Source of the DNA: Octopus sinensis
Lineage: Eukaryota
Length of the DNA stretch: 64,000 nucleotides
Direction of reading: 5' to 3'
Assembly (NCBI RefSeq): GCF_006345805.1
Contig: NC_043002.1
Span: 70,804,001-70,868,000 of the forward strand
Numbering within the stretch: position 1 is the stretch's first letter; the number at the start of each line of letters is the position of its first letter. Positions 1-12,759 of this stretch are shown piece by piece. The translations under genes and the position numbers were made by a program. Below the pieces are notes generated by a model. The model did not search any database. It worked only from the letters and a program-made list of their open reading frames with translations, and had not been told where the DNA came from.

Positions 1-99
1 TTTTTGCTGGCCCGAGGTTATTGAAGAAGACACTTGTACAAAGTGCTACGCTGTGAGTTTAAACCCGGGTCCAGCCGCGCATATTTCTCTCTACCTGCT

Positions 100-345
100 A
101 TAGCCTCGGGCCAACCATAGCCTTCGCTTATATGTATGTTTGTGTGTCTGTATTTGTCCCCCCAACATCCTTTGACAACCGATTCTGATGTGTTTATGCC
201 TCCGTAACTTAGCGCTTCGGCAAAAGAGAAAGATACAATAAGTAGTAGGGCTACAAAGAAGAAGGCCTGGGGTCGATTTTGCTCGACTAAAGGCGGTGCT
301 CCTGCATGGCCGCAGTCAAATGACTGAAACAAGAAAATCTATAAA
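100..345 (+). mobile_element. SINE family A, 3' portion
   Basis: Contains ctatagcctcgggcc...gtttgtcccccaacatc...ttgacaaccga...ggggtcgatttgctcgactaaaggcggtgctcc...catggccgcagtcaaatgactgaaacaag, shared with the full copies at 23.7, 46.0 and 48.1 kb. Confidence 0.85.
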
Positions 346-347
346 AG

Positions 348-384
<37 letters not shown>

Positions 385-510
385 TTATGTATATATATAT
401 GCATGTATGTATATTTGTATACATCTGCGTATACATGTATGTGAGCGAGTGTGTGTGCGTATATATACATATGTGTGTGTGTTTGTGTATGTATAAATAT
501 ATGTGAATGA

Positions 511-549
<39 letters not shown>

Positions 550-949
550 CACATATTCCCATGCACTCACATATGAGCATTATATGTGTATATGTGTATC
601 TAGGTGTAACACTGAATGTACGTTTATAACTAAAGGTGTCTATGTTTGAAAGTGTACGCGTATATTCAAGTGGGGGGAAAAAACAGTAAAAATCATAGCG
701 GACTTAAATATACATAATAGCTTTTAACATCATAAAGAATTAATAAAGGTAAAGATTACTATTGATATACATTGTTCGAGTATTATCTAGAGGAATATTT
801 ATGAAGTGAACAACTAATACGAAATCAAATGTGCTAAAATCAATTTTAAATCCTGTGAGAATACTTTTAACAGAGCTGTGTATTCATAATGCGAATGTAC
901 GGAAGCGCATATATGCAGACATTTGCACGGTCATGCAAACACACGGAGA

Positions 950-1315
950 ATCACGCATATAATCACTCGCACTTACACACGTGCAAAGACTCATAAACAC
1001 GCTCATTGATATTTATACACCAACGCACATACACAAAGTACCTCGCGGGTACACATTCTTATATACAGAAATACGCATACGCGCGCATATGCACGTGTTT
1101 GTGTGTATGTGTGTGTTTCTGTGCGAGGGGGTTTATGCCGATGCATATGGATGCTTATGTATTTTCGCCTCTGTCTCTCTCCCTTTCTTTCTCTCTCTTT
1201 CTCTCTCTCTCTCTATGTATATATATATACATACATACATACATACATAGATACACACAGATATATTTGTATGCATGTAGGTATGTATGTTTGTATGTAT
1301 GTATGTATGTATGTG

Positions 1316-1359
<44 letters not shown>

Positions 1360-1375
1360 TGCGTGTGTGTGTGTA

Positions 1376-1416
<41 letters not shown>

Positions 1417-1479
1417 GTATATATATGCATGTATATATATATATATATCTATATCTATCTCTCTCTCTCTCTCTCTCTT

Positions 1480-1510
<31 letters not shown>

Positions 1511-1520
1511 GTATAAATAT

Positions 1521-1579
<59 letters not shown>

Positions 1580-1620
1580 AGTAGGTATATGCATGCGCGA
1601 TTCTGCGTGTGTATGTACGC
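950..1620. repeat. Compound microsatellite (CT/TA/TG/TATG)
   Basis: Direct reading; accounts for the YI, CV and HT-rich ORFs here. Confidence 0.95.
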
Positions 1621-2494
1621 ACGTAACTACAAGCATATCAGTATGTTTGTACGAGAACATTCCATTTCGTATTTTGTATGTGAAAGTCTCTATCATCTTA
1701 AGCCATAATAAAATCTATGAACACAGATTCAGAATTTATCAAAGAAGATATTGAAGTAGTATTTATCTATAATAGGACATTTCAATTAGCCTGTATTATT
1801 TAGCGAAAAAAGCCCAACGAAAAACAACTTTTAAAATCGACAACATTAATCATGACAATAACACATGATTAACACATATTTGTAAAAGAAATCTCCGCTC
1901 GATTTTAATGAAATTGTCAGCGTCTTTCTCCAACACAACTTTATAACACGTTTGACAAGATTGTGGCTTTTAAAAATGGGAAAAAATTATACATATTCTG
2001 TTTTCAATTTAGTGACATATTTAGCAGCCAACATTTTATATAGATTGCTAGAAATATAATTGTGGAGCTTTTAAAAGATTGTTATATTTTTTACGCAGGA
2101 AATATTAATTTTTTTTTCTTTCTGTAATTGTCATTTATTATATGTCTTTGTATTATTAACAAGGCGGATATAAAGTCTTGAATATTAAATAGACTTAAGT
2201 CAGTTTAGTTCAGCCATTGGGAATAGTTGCTGTGAGAAAATCCAAACGTTTTTATTAACAGTTTTAAGACTGTGATGTGGTGCTATCCTTACGGCATCGG
2301 ACAAAATGCTGTGCAGTTTTTCTTTCCACTTCACTAATTGAGATCAGATTATCTTTTTATCCTTTCGAGAACAATAAAATAATTTACCAGTTAAATTCTT
2401 ACACATTTCCTCAAAATTGATAATTATGCGCCAAAATTTCATATCAACAAGCATTTCGAATAAATTTCGACAAAAAATGTTTTGTAATTAGATT

Positions 2495-2745
2495 TGGTAG
2501 ACGGAAACTGAAAGAAGCCCATTATATATGTGTAAATATATGTATGCATGCGTTGTGTGTTTGTATTTTTGTCTCTATTTGTTTCCTCCACCACCGCTTC
2601 ACGACCGGTTTCCGAGCAATTCGATACAAAAGGCTGATAGAATAAGTAATAGACCCACAAAAAAAGGTCCTGGGGGTGATATATTCGACAAAAATTTCTC
2701 CAAGGCGATGCCCCTGCATAGCTGCACTCTAATGATTGTATGAAG
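2495..2745 (+). mobile_element. SINE family A, partial degenerate copy
   Basis: gatttggtagacggaaactgaaagaagccc...gatagaataagta...ggtcc matches the internal family A segments. Confidence 0.75.
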
Positions 2746-2789
2746 AAATGATAAAATGTAAGCAAAAATGTGTTATTTTTCCTACATAT

Positions 2790-3085
2790 AATCACAAAAT
2801 GCGTTGGGCTCACAATCATGGGGTAATCAATTCGATTCCCAGACCAGGCTGCGTGTTGTGTTCTTGAGCAAGACACTTTATTTCCCGTTGCTCCAGTTCC
2901 CTCAACTGTAGAAAAGATGTGTGACGTTACTGGTGCCAAGCTGTATCGGCCTTTGCCTTTCTCGTCGGTGGCGTGCTTGTCTTCCATAAACAACCTTGAC
3001 CGAATTTGAGCGTCGGACTGAAACTTTTTAGGTGCAATCCCATGGTTATTCATGACCGAAAAGGGTCTTCATCCTTTACCCTTTT
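2790..3085 (+). mobile_element. tRNA-derived SINE family C with conserved central domain and alternative tail
   Basis: B-box-like ttcgattccc, then gttgtgttcttgagcaagacactttatttcccgttgctccag shared with 38.1 and 62.4 kb. The tail ggtgcaatcccatggttattcatgaccgaa matches the reverse complement of 9480-9525. Confidence 0.75.
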
Positions 3086-3539
3086 ACCATATTACTATAG
3101 TGCCTAATGGCAAGCCAACGAGTGTGAATTATATTTTCGTATGTCCAACCACAAACAGCAGCAAAATAAGCCTAAAATTATATTTGACTGTCTTCAAAGA
3201 ATAAGGACACACGAGTCATATATACAAAGTACGCAAATTCATTCGTCTGGAAATTGTTTATATACATAAATATATATTAAGTTCTAATATAATTTTAACA
3301 TAATTACAAATATATTCTTACAAAATTTAATCCATTGTCCATAAAGCAGTTATATTAAAACATCTTTTCAAAATACAAATTCTGTATATTTTTCACTGAT
3401 CATGCGAGCTGAAATGGGGCGAAATGACAGTCATTCTATATGTGAAATAGATTTGACTCTACCATCACAAGTATTTAAATCTATCAGTAGTGAATATTTG
3501 ATGCCATTATTTTATAACTTGAGATCCATAGCATCTGTC

Positions 3540-4030
<491 letters not shown>

Positions 4031-4173
4031 GTTTACCTTTCTGTCTTTCGTTTCGTCTGTCTGTCTTTCAGTGCATGTGTGCGTTTATTTATGTGTTTGC
4101 GTATGTATGTGCATTGGTGACAAGTTTATAAATATGTGACAGTGTATCGCCTTTGATCCTCTATTTTTGTATT

Positions 4174-4226
<53 letters not shown>

Positions 4227-4586
4227 ATGCCTGTATGCGTGTGTTTTTTTGTGTTTAGTAGGAAATCAATATTCCGATTCAATTTAAAACGGTTTATTGA
4301 AAGCAAAATTTATTCAAAGCATTGTAAATATAACTTCTATAATATAAATCAAATTCAGAAATAATTGTAGTGAATTATATTAAATCTCATCCATCAACAG
4401 AAAAACAAAATCTTGAAATGTAAAACATTGATGCAAGAATCACACTTCTGTTGTTGGCGATACAAATATAATTTCTTCCATAGTTTAATGCTGTATATCA
4501 GGAATCTTCAAGATACGTACGATATTGTGGATAACATTCAGACGGTATACTTATCAGGAATAAATATTCTCGTTAGAAATCTTATA

Positions 4587-4860
4587 TAGGCGCAGGCGTG
4601 GCAGCGTGGTAAAGAGCTGACTTCCCCACCACAGTGTTCCAGGTTCAGCCCCACTTCATGGCACCATACCAAATTTAAAATTATGATTTAAAGACAAAGA
4701 CACACACACACATATATATATTTGTGTGTGTATGTGTGTGTGCGTGTGTGCTTGTGTGTGATTGTGTTTGTCCCATGCAACTGCTTGACAACTGGTGTTG
4801 GCGTGTTTGCGTATCCATAACTTAACCCTCCGGCAAAAGATTCAGATAGAATAAATACCA
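4587..4860 (+). mobile_element. SINE family A, degenerate copy
   Basis: Head taggcgcaggcgtggcagcgtggtaaagagc...caggttcagccccac, then tgtgtttgtccc...gcttgacaac...cggcaaaag...gatagaataa. Confidence 0.7.
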
Positions 4861-5150
4861 TATGGCGTAGTGGTTAAGAGCAGGGGCTACTAACCCCAGG
4901 ATTCCAAGTTCGATTCCATGCAGTGACCTCAATAATGATAATAACAATAATAATAATAATAATAATAATGATAATAATAATAATAATAGTAATAATGATA
5001 ATAATAATAATAATAACAACAACAACAACAACAACATCAACAACGAAAAATACCTTAGGAATGAAAACCCAGGTTCGAAATTTCCCCAAGACATCTGATG
5101 AAGGCTGGAGCGTATATCAGCCGAAACGCTCTGTGAACAACAAACAAGAT
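4861..5150 (+). mobile_element. tRNA-headed SINE-like element with internal (ATA)n/(ACA)n, interrupted by a LINE; probable continuation at ~6310-6375
   Basis: A box (tggcgtagtggtt) and B box (gttcgattcc) at 4863-4918, followed by trinucleotide repeat and a unique 3' part with a hammerhead-like core. Confidence 0.65.
5090..5136 (+). ncRNA. Minimal hammerhead-ribozyme-like motif, probably degenerate
   Basis: CTGATGA at 5095-5101, extra A, stem II GGCTG/CAGCC (5103-5107/5118-5122), GAAA at 5123-5126. Stems I and III are imperfect. Confidence 0.45.
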
Positions 5151-6310
5151 GAGGACATCGTTTTATTGGACTTTGCCAAAAGCTTTTGACTCGGTTAACC
5201 ACCGCCTATTACTTGTCAAGCTTTAAGCATATAGTTTCCATCCGGATATTGTACGATGGGTTGGTGCCTTCCTCTCAGATCGCTCCTTCTAAGTCCAAGT
5301 TAATGGTTCGCTGTCCGACGTCTCCAGTGTGAGCAGTGGCGTGCCTCAAAGTTCAGTGCTTGGGCCCTTATTGTTTTTAGTCTTCATAAATCACTTGCCC
5401 GTCGACCTCACGCAACACACCCTTCTATTTGCCGATAAAGTCAAACTGGTCGCTGTTCGCGGTGATATAGATGATCTTCGTCGATGCCTCCACCAAATTT
5501 GGAGATGGTCTAACGAATGAGACCTGTGTCTGAACGTGTCAAAGTGCAGTCATCTGCCTGTTGGCTCTTCTCCTGCAACTCAAGTTGATTTCGAGCCGGG
5601 TCGTCTGCTGCTGGAGAGGACCGACCAGGTAAAGGACCTGGGTATCTTGGTGGATTCTTCATTTTCGCCTTCGGCCCAGTGCGTCCATGCTGCCAACAAA
5701 GCACGCGGAGTTCTGTTTTTGATTCGACGATCATTCGGAATGCACACAGCAGCCATATTCCTACCGCTCTATGTCACACTGGTGAGACCCATATTGGAGT
5801 ACGGGATCCAATCCTCTTCTCCTTATCTCCTCAAAGACATACATCATCTCGAAAGAGTCCAGAAGCTGGCTACCCGCATGGTTCTTAGTTTCAAGCATTT
5901 GTCTTATGAAGAAAGGCTGAAGACGCTCGACCTTTATTCTCTAGAAAAACGACGACGCCGTGGTGATCTCATTCTTGCTCACAACATCATAAGCGGAAAG
6001 TGTAACCTCTCGAAAGAGCTGTTCTTCATTCCTGCTCCAGAGCGTAGGCTGCGGGGTCGCTCCGAAAAGCTCTATCTGCGACGATTTCATCTCAATCGAA
6101 GGAGAGGGGCTTTCTCCGTCCGGGTTGCGGATCCGTGGAATAAGCTGCCGGATGAGATAGTGAAGATGCCGACGCCCGCTCGGTTCAAAGCCTCTCTTGA
6201 CCAGAAATGGCCTGAACTCTTTGTATGAACACCCCTGTACATAGCTCCATGTCCCCTTACACGGCCTTGCTTTTTGCTTTTTAAGCCAAAAAATTAACTT
6301 AACTTAACTA
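5151..6310 (+). mobile_element. 5'-truncated CR1/L2-type LINE: reverse transcriptase C-terminal half, 3' UTR and (TTAAC)n tail; pseudogenised
   Basis: Motifs LDFAKAFDSVNH (frameshifted), SGVPQSSVLGPLLFLVFIN, LFADKVKL, KDLGILVD, LYVTLVRPILEY, LERVQKLATRMV, YEERLKTLDLYSLEKRRRRGDLI, FSVRVADPWNKLP. Tail ttaacttaacttaactaa near 6296-6311. In-frame stops are present. Confidence 0.92.
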
Positions 6311-7251
6311 AATATCCATCGAATGTAAGTAATGTAAATAAAGTACATAATTCCTCATCTCTTAAATATAAAACTAAATAAAGACAAGTTTAAAAAATAA
6401 GTACAAAAGTCGAATCATTCAACTAAAACTTTTTCAAGGTGTAGCCCTAGCTTGGCCGCAATCTAATGACTGAAACAAGTACAAGATGAAAAGATGATAT
6501 ACAATTTTGTTGATATTGAATCTAAAATCGTATTTCTTTAAAGCGAACTCTCATTTTTACATTCATTTTTTTTAAAACGAACTTTCATTTTTCATTCATT
6601 AAAAATTTGTTTTATCGATGACTACGCAGGTAGAAAACCACCACCCATGACCGTTTTGTGAGCATCTATGACAGGTAGAAGGAAGTCAGGGTGTTGTTCT
6701 CATACCGGAGACTCGTCTTGAATGGCACCACTACCAATATCTGTCAAACAGAATAATTTAAATTTGAAATGTTGTGCTAATTTGGAGAAATTTTCAGTGA
6801 ATAAAGTGGCTTATTAGAATTAATATTAGTCTTTCTACTGCGTGCTTTGCATAATTATGAATGCTGACATAATAATCAAGTGTGAACATTATCGCTGCAT
6901 AAAATATTTCAGGAAGTTGTTTGCTTGCAACATGCCAGCTAATTTCAACATCAAACTTTGTTACATCAGAACACAAATAATATAGTTGCTGCTGTTTAGC
7001 GCCATAACAGGCATAATACAGAAGCCTCATATTTAAAGCTTCCTTGTAGTAACCGTTCCGGGATTTCTTCATTTTTTTATTTTTTTGTTTTGAATATTTA
7101 GGAGTACATTGTTTCTTTGCTTTTAAACGGTAACACATGATTTGAAACAAATTTGTTGCTGTAGCTAAAAGAACGAATGTGTATGTATATACTCAATCAT
7201 TTCCTTGTCGACTATTGAAATAACGAGTGATTATTATTTCTATAGATGTAA

Positions 7252-7565
7252 AAGGCGCAATGACCCAGTGATTAGGGCAGCGGGCTCGCGGTCGGAGGAT
7301 CACGGTTTCGATTCCCTGACCGGGCGTTGTGTGTATTTATTGAGCGAATACACCTGAAGCTATAAAGGCTCTGGCAGGGGGTGGTGGCGACCCCTGTTGT
7401 ACTCTTTCGGCACAACTTTCTCTCACTCTTTCTCCCTGTTTCTTGAGTAACGCCGCAATAGACTGGCGTCCCGTTTAGTTGGGAGGGGGGGCACATACGC
7501 CATAGAAACCGGGTAACCAGGCCCATGAACCTGGCTAGGCTTGAAAAGGGCGCATAAATAAAAAT
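7252..7565 (+). mobile_element. tRNA-derived SINE, chimeric body and tail
   Basis: Head ggcgcaatgacccagtgattagggc...ggtttcgattccc. Body shared with 34740-34920 (reverse complement); tail ccatagaaaccggg...aaaagggcgcat shared with 62540-62595. Confidence 0.85.
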
Positions 7566-7619
7566 AGATGTAAGAAGAACATACTTATAGAAACGGCAAT
7601 AACTGTTGGAATATTCTAT

Positions 7620-8535
7620 TCTATTCTTGGAAGAAGTCCCGAAATTTTTGGGGAGGGGGCCAGTCGATTAGATCGATCCCAGTGTGCAACTGGTACTAAT
7701 TTATCGACCCCGAGAAGATGAGGGGCAAATTGACCCCGGCGGAATTTGAACTCAGAACATAAAGACAGACGAAATACCTATTTCTTTACTACCCACAAAG
7801 GGGTTAAACACAGAAAGGACAAACAAGAACAGACAGACGGAATAAGTCGATTATATCGGCCCCAGTGCATAACTGGTAGTTATTCAATCGACCCCGAAAG
7901 GCTGAAAGGCAAAGTCGACCTCGGTGGAATTTGAACTCAGGACGCATTTCGCCCGGCGAGCCAACATTTCTTATTTCTTTATTGTCCACAAGGGGCTAAA
8001 CATAGAGGAAACAAACAAGGACAGACAAAGGGATTAAGTCAATTAATTCGACCCCAGTGTGTAACTGGTACTTAATTTAGCGACCCCGAAAGGATGAGAG
8101 GCAAAGTCGACCTCGGCGAAATTTGAACTCAGAATACGTATTTTTTACTACCCCCAAGGGGCTAAACACAGAGAAGAAAAACAAGGACAGACAAAGGGAT
8201 TAAGCTGATTATATCGACCCCAGTGTGTAACTGGTACTTAATTTATCGACGCCGAAAGGATGAGAGGCAAAGTAGACCTCCGCGGAATTTGAACTCAGAA
8301 TACATATTTTTTACCACCCACAAGGGGCTAAACACAGAGAAGACAAACAAGGACAGACAAACGGAATAAGTCGATTATATCGACCCCTGTGCGTAACTGG
8401 TACTTAATTTATTGACCCCGAAAGGATGACAGGCAAAGTCGACCTCGTCGGAATTTGAACTCAGAACGTAACAGCAGACGAAATACCGCTAAGCATTCCG
8501 CCTGGCGTGCTAACGTTTCTGCCAGCCCGCCGCCT
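7620..8535 (-). mobile_element. SINE family B with five tandem internal units (~165-190 bp)
   Basis: gaatttgaactcag recurs near 7742, 7927, 8119, 8285 and 8451. A single head (reverse complement ggcgggctggcagaaacgttagcacgcc) lies at ~8505-8533. Confidence 0.9.
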
Positions 8536-9269
8536 TATAACTGATGGAATATTAACACTGTTACCATATTTCTGTTGAAATACACCGCATTTGTTTCAAT
8601 TAATTTTATGTATAATGAAAAATTTAGTAAATTAACTGCTGTGATCATGAAGCTAATATTTGGAACATTGCACAAAATTACGATGAAAGTTTTAATTGAG
8701 ATAATTTTGAAACAGGAAATTCGCATCATTGAATCAGAAGCGATCTTATATAGGTTGGTAACAAAAAAAGTGAGAAACGGTTTGTTCTTCTGAGTTTATG
8801 GAAATTCTCATTTAAAATAAGACTTTCTGTTCCATGCATTAGACATTCCGTCTGTATGTATTTTGAGTATACCAAGCTTTCCCGAAATACATTTTCCCAA
8901 ACATAGCATGGTATATTGCGACATTGCTATAATCTCTGCATAGTCTTGTTCATTCTTTATACTATGGGTGTATGACTATAAAACAGATTACTGGAGCGTG
9001 TATTTTACGATATCTAGTGTCGAATCTCAATGCTGGTTTTCCAAATACTATTATTCTCTGTTCATTTCAGTCTGAAATACCTACATTTCCAAGAATGATT
9101 GTAGCAGTAATATTCTGGACTGATACATCTTAATATAGTTATCTACAAATGTCACCATATCACTCTAGCGTGGATAGTAAAATGTATTATTAAAAACATT
9201 CCATGTGTATATTGTTACATTGAAAAAATATTAGAAAATATTAGAGCACACACACAACTATATATATAT

Positions 9270-9324
<55 letters not shown>

Positions 9325-9356
9325 CATAAATTCGTACATATATGCATAAATACAAT

Positions 9357-9390
<34 letters not shown>

Positions 9391-9459
9391 CTATGTATAT
9401 AGGTCCAGCCGAAATTGTTGTCATTCGATAATCCTTACCTTTATTCCCCTTGACTATGG

Positions 9460-9620
9460 TGACCAGCCACGGGTATCAAAGGTAGAGATCTCCTTCGGTC
9501 ATGAATGACCATGGGATTGAATCTAGAAAGTTACTCTCTGAGGCATATACCAGTCTACCCTCTCCACGCCACCTATGTTGTCCAAGGGAAAGCAAAGGGT
9601 GGAACTGACGCAACGTGAAA
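9460..9620 (-). mobile_element. SINE or LINE 3' tail fragment
   Basis: Reverse complement of the tail of the element at 2940-3085. Confidence 0.6.
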
Positions 9621-10149
9621 TAAAGTGACTTCATTAAGAACACAGTACAATACACAGCCATATGCGTGAATCGATCTCACTACCTCGTGATTGTGAACCA
9701 GACGCTCTAGCTACTGCTCAATGTGTCTTCACAGTAACCAATTGATAGTATCCAATGACTAATAGTAAATAATATTGAAGATCATAAACAGAAACCACTC
9801 ACACAAGCACACGTACATACACACACAGTGACACACTCACACATACACACGCACAGGTATATATATATATATATACATACATACATATGTTCCCCCGCTT
9901 AACAGCTTATCCTAACACGTCATAAAATATAATGTTACATATGAGAGAACACACAGTTTCTCTCTCACACGGAAAATGTGTTTCTTTATTCATCTCTTAA
10001 AGCTGTCATTAGACGTCTTTCGTTTCATGTTCGTTTGATGGGGATATTCTAGTTGAAAATGTTCTAAGTCTAAAAGTATGTGCCATGTAATACTTGGTGT
10101 CAATACAGAGCAATAATAACGACGCCCAACAGTTATATTATGATGTATT

Positions 10150-10330
10150 TGATAACTATTGAAATCTTATATTTTCTCAGAGATATATTGCTTGTTGTAA
10201 CTCTTGTCAGCTTTCGACAACAATGGCCCTCACCTAGAGAAGGTGACTTGAATTCATATTCGTTTTAAATCACGAATATCATTTCTCTTATACTATATGT
10301 TTACACAGTAAACAACGCCTTGTCTTTTCT
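10150..10330 (+). repeat. Dispersed repeat, inverted partner of 13480-13660
   Basis: Shared gatatattgcttgttgtaactcttgtcagctttcgaca...cctagagaag.tgactt; both translate to DILLVVTLVSFR. Confidence 0.85.
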
Positions 10331-10385
10331 TCGAGGAAGAAATGAAAGAGAAGAGTATATATGTAAGTAAATATGTATGTATGGA

Positions 10386-10460
<75 letters not shown>

Positions 10461-10554
10461 GTATCTCAGTGTGCGTGTATATATATACATACATAATATA
10501 CATAATATATATATATATATATATATGTGTATATATATATATATACATAACATA

Positions 10555-10605
<51 letters not shown>

Positions 10606-11836
10606 TCTATGTATATATTTTATTTTGTAGTTTCAGCTCAGAACTGCGGCCATGCGAGGACACCGCCGTTTTGCTACACTGTAATTATTGAGAGCCTCCT
10701 CTAATACGTTGCATTTGGTGAATAATGGTGTTTGATGGCGCTAGCCTCAATTGCACCTCTTGCCGGGAGGTAAGTTTATCTGGGACTCTCGACAGGGACC
10801 ATCAGCGTTTTCAGAAATTAGAGTCAAACAACTCTTTAGCCACTGAAGGATATTTTCTATTTACTGACATGGGAGGCAATCTTCCCGCACAACCGAGTGA
10901 CATTATATACCTGTGTGTGTCTGTGTTTGTGTGTGTGTGTGTATATATATATATATACATATGAAGTCGATCGAGAAAGAGAAAGAAGGGGAAAGGAAGG
11001 AGAGGCTATGATGATATGCAGGAGAAATAACAATATGTGTTGGCCACATGATTATATTTTGGTTATTCATTTAGATTGACACATAAAACTACATAATTTC
11101 TGCAGTACTGTTCAGAATCTGTTAGAAAATTTTAAAGTTGTCTATTGGATAGAAAATGTTAGAAGAAATTTAATTTTATAGGTTGTGCAGGTCTGTAAAG
11201 TTTTGATTACCTTCAGTAGTTTTCGAAAAACATGGAGTTAAGATGTCAGAAATCGAACTGACAGTTAAATCAGCTGGGCTTAATGAATGTTCGGAATAAC
11301 GTCGGTTGTCTTAGAAAAGACGAAATGATTTTAGGAATGTCAAAACAACATTCGTTTACGAACTTCTAACAGTGTTTTGTTAATGACTGTTTTATTACAT
11401 TGAAAGAGGACACTCCTGTTTCATGGTGTGAAAATAAAGAAGATAATAAATAAAAAGGACTGATGGAAAACATAACGTATTTCGTTTTCTCTGTATTTTT
11501 TCAAACATATATAGTGTGAAAGTCGCTGTCACATGAATGATGGATTTATATTATTTCAACGTCGAGTAATGCACAGGCTTGGTGAAATCTGTGCAGAGCA
11601 GAACAAATTACTGTGCTGAATATATTCCGTTGTCAAATTCAAAATAATCAACCTTGTTCCAGGATGAACTTTCACATTTCGGGGTCTTTAGAATAAAATG
11701 CTAAGCGCTATAACACTGATATAAAACGTGAGTGATTGTAGTTGTTAGGAAATTAAAAAGTGCCTATATAACTGATGAGTAGAACTAAAAAAATAAAAAC
11801 AAAAATGCAAACAAAAAGCGCATCGTTTTTCACCAG

Positions 11837-12035
11837 GTGCCAAACAGACTCAAGTGGCTTCTCAACATGGCGGTCACTGAAGATACCAAGAAAAACGACC
11901 AGGAATACCAATACACATGTCAATGATCAGAAGATAATCGTGACCCGTGTCGCCTTCTCGTCTCATATTGAGTGGATCATCATTATTTGTTTTGCTCCTT
12001 GTTACAACATTTTAAGTGCATTTATCTTAGTATAA
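11837..12035 (+). CDS. Candidate terminal exon of an unidentified gene, frame uncertain
   Basis: Acceptor-like tcgtttttcaccag|G at 11836/7 and a locally GC-richer unique stretch. Frames open to 11926 (VPNRLKWLLNMAVTEDTKKNDQEYQYTCQ*) or 12035 (CQTDSSGFSTWRSLKIPRK...HIEWIIIICFAPCYNILSAFILV*). AATAAA at ~12146 and ~12166. Confidence 0.25.
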
Positions 12036-12759
12036 ATTATGGGGACCTATATTACACACAAGAATTGTACTTTGCTAGTTGTTTGTGTTGAGTAGTTTTC
12101 TATGTTATTTTCAACAATTTCATCATAAAACTATTTGTTGCTGAAATAAAGATCTTTGTTTTGTTCAATAAATCATTGTCGATTGTCATAAAGCCGGATT
12201 TCTTTTCATTTAACAATTTAGCCAATGGTTTCTCCAATTCAGGCTTTCTTTCATTTCGAACAGTTATTTTATTATTTCATATTTCTGTATTATATATACT
12301 TCATCTTTTTTCTAGTTGTGTCGCTTTATAAAAGATTATCTTTTCCCTTTGTTGTATATCTTTCTGTGTGTTGTGTTTCCCATTCTTTGTATTTCAGATT
12401 TAGATTTTCACATTCCTATATGAACAGACCTAACCGAATACATATGCACTTTTGTAACAACAGTGGCAGGTGTATATATTATTCCGTTCAATATGGTGAC
12501 ATGATGCATATATTCTATTCTGTTTTCACATACCTTTTTAAGAGCCTATTTATGCTATTTTCGTGGGAGTACTGTCGTCGTTTCACATAAATATCAACAA
12601 ACGGATTTTATGCATTAATCATTTCTACATTTCCATAGTCACTTTCATGATTTCCTCATAAAACATTTTCTATTCCCTATTTATAGTTTGGTTTGTTCTG
12701 CTCCGGCCTATTTCTGTCAGTATTCTGTAGTTTCTAGATGCACTACCACTGAGAACCAC

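Noticed and set aside
4863-4920. tRNA-like sequences here and at ~7255, 34860-34920, 38065 and 62350
   Set aside because: A/B boxes are present but there is no complete cloverleaf, and each continues into SINE body; these are SINE heads, not tRNA genes.
6706-6740. 35-nt minus-strand micro-exon candidate (gacag|...CCG|gtatga; DIGSGAIQDESP)
   Set aside because: Splice-like signals only; no recognisable protein or partner exons, and such matches are expected by chance in 64 kb.
6794-7150. 118-aa non-repetitive minus-strand ORF
   Set aside because: TTG start, AT-rich composition, no motif or splice support.
7620-8535. CRISPR-like repeat-spacer appearance of tandem arrays (also 43.1 and 54.5 kb)
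   Set aside because: Units repeat along their whole length without unique spacers, the context is eukaryotic and no cas genes are present.
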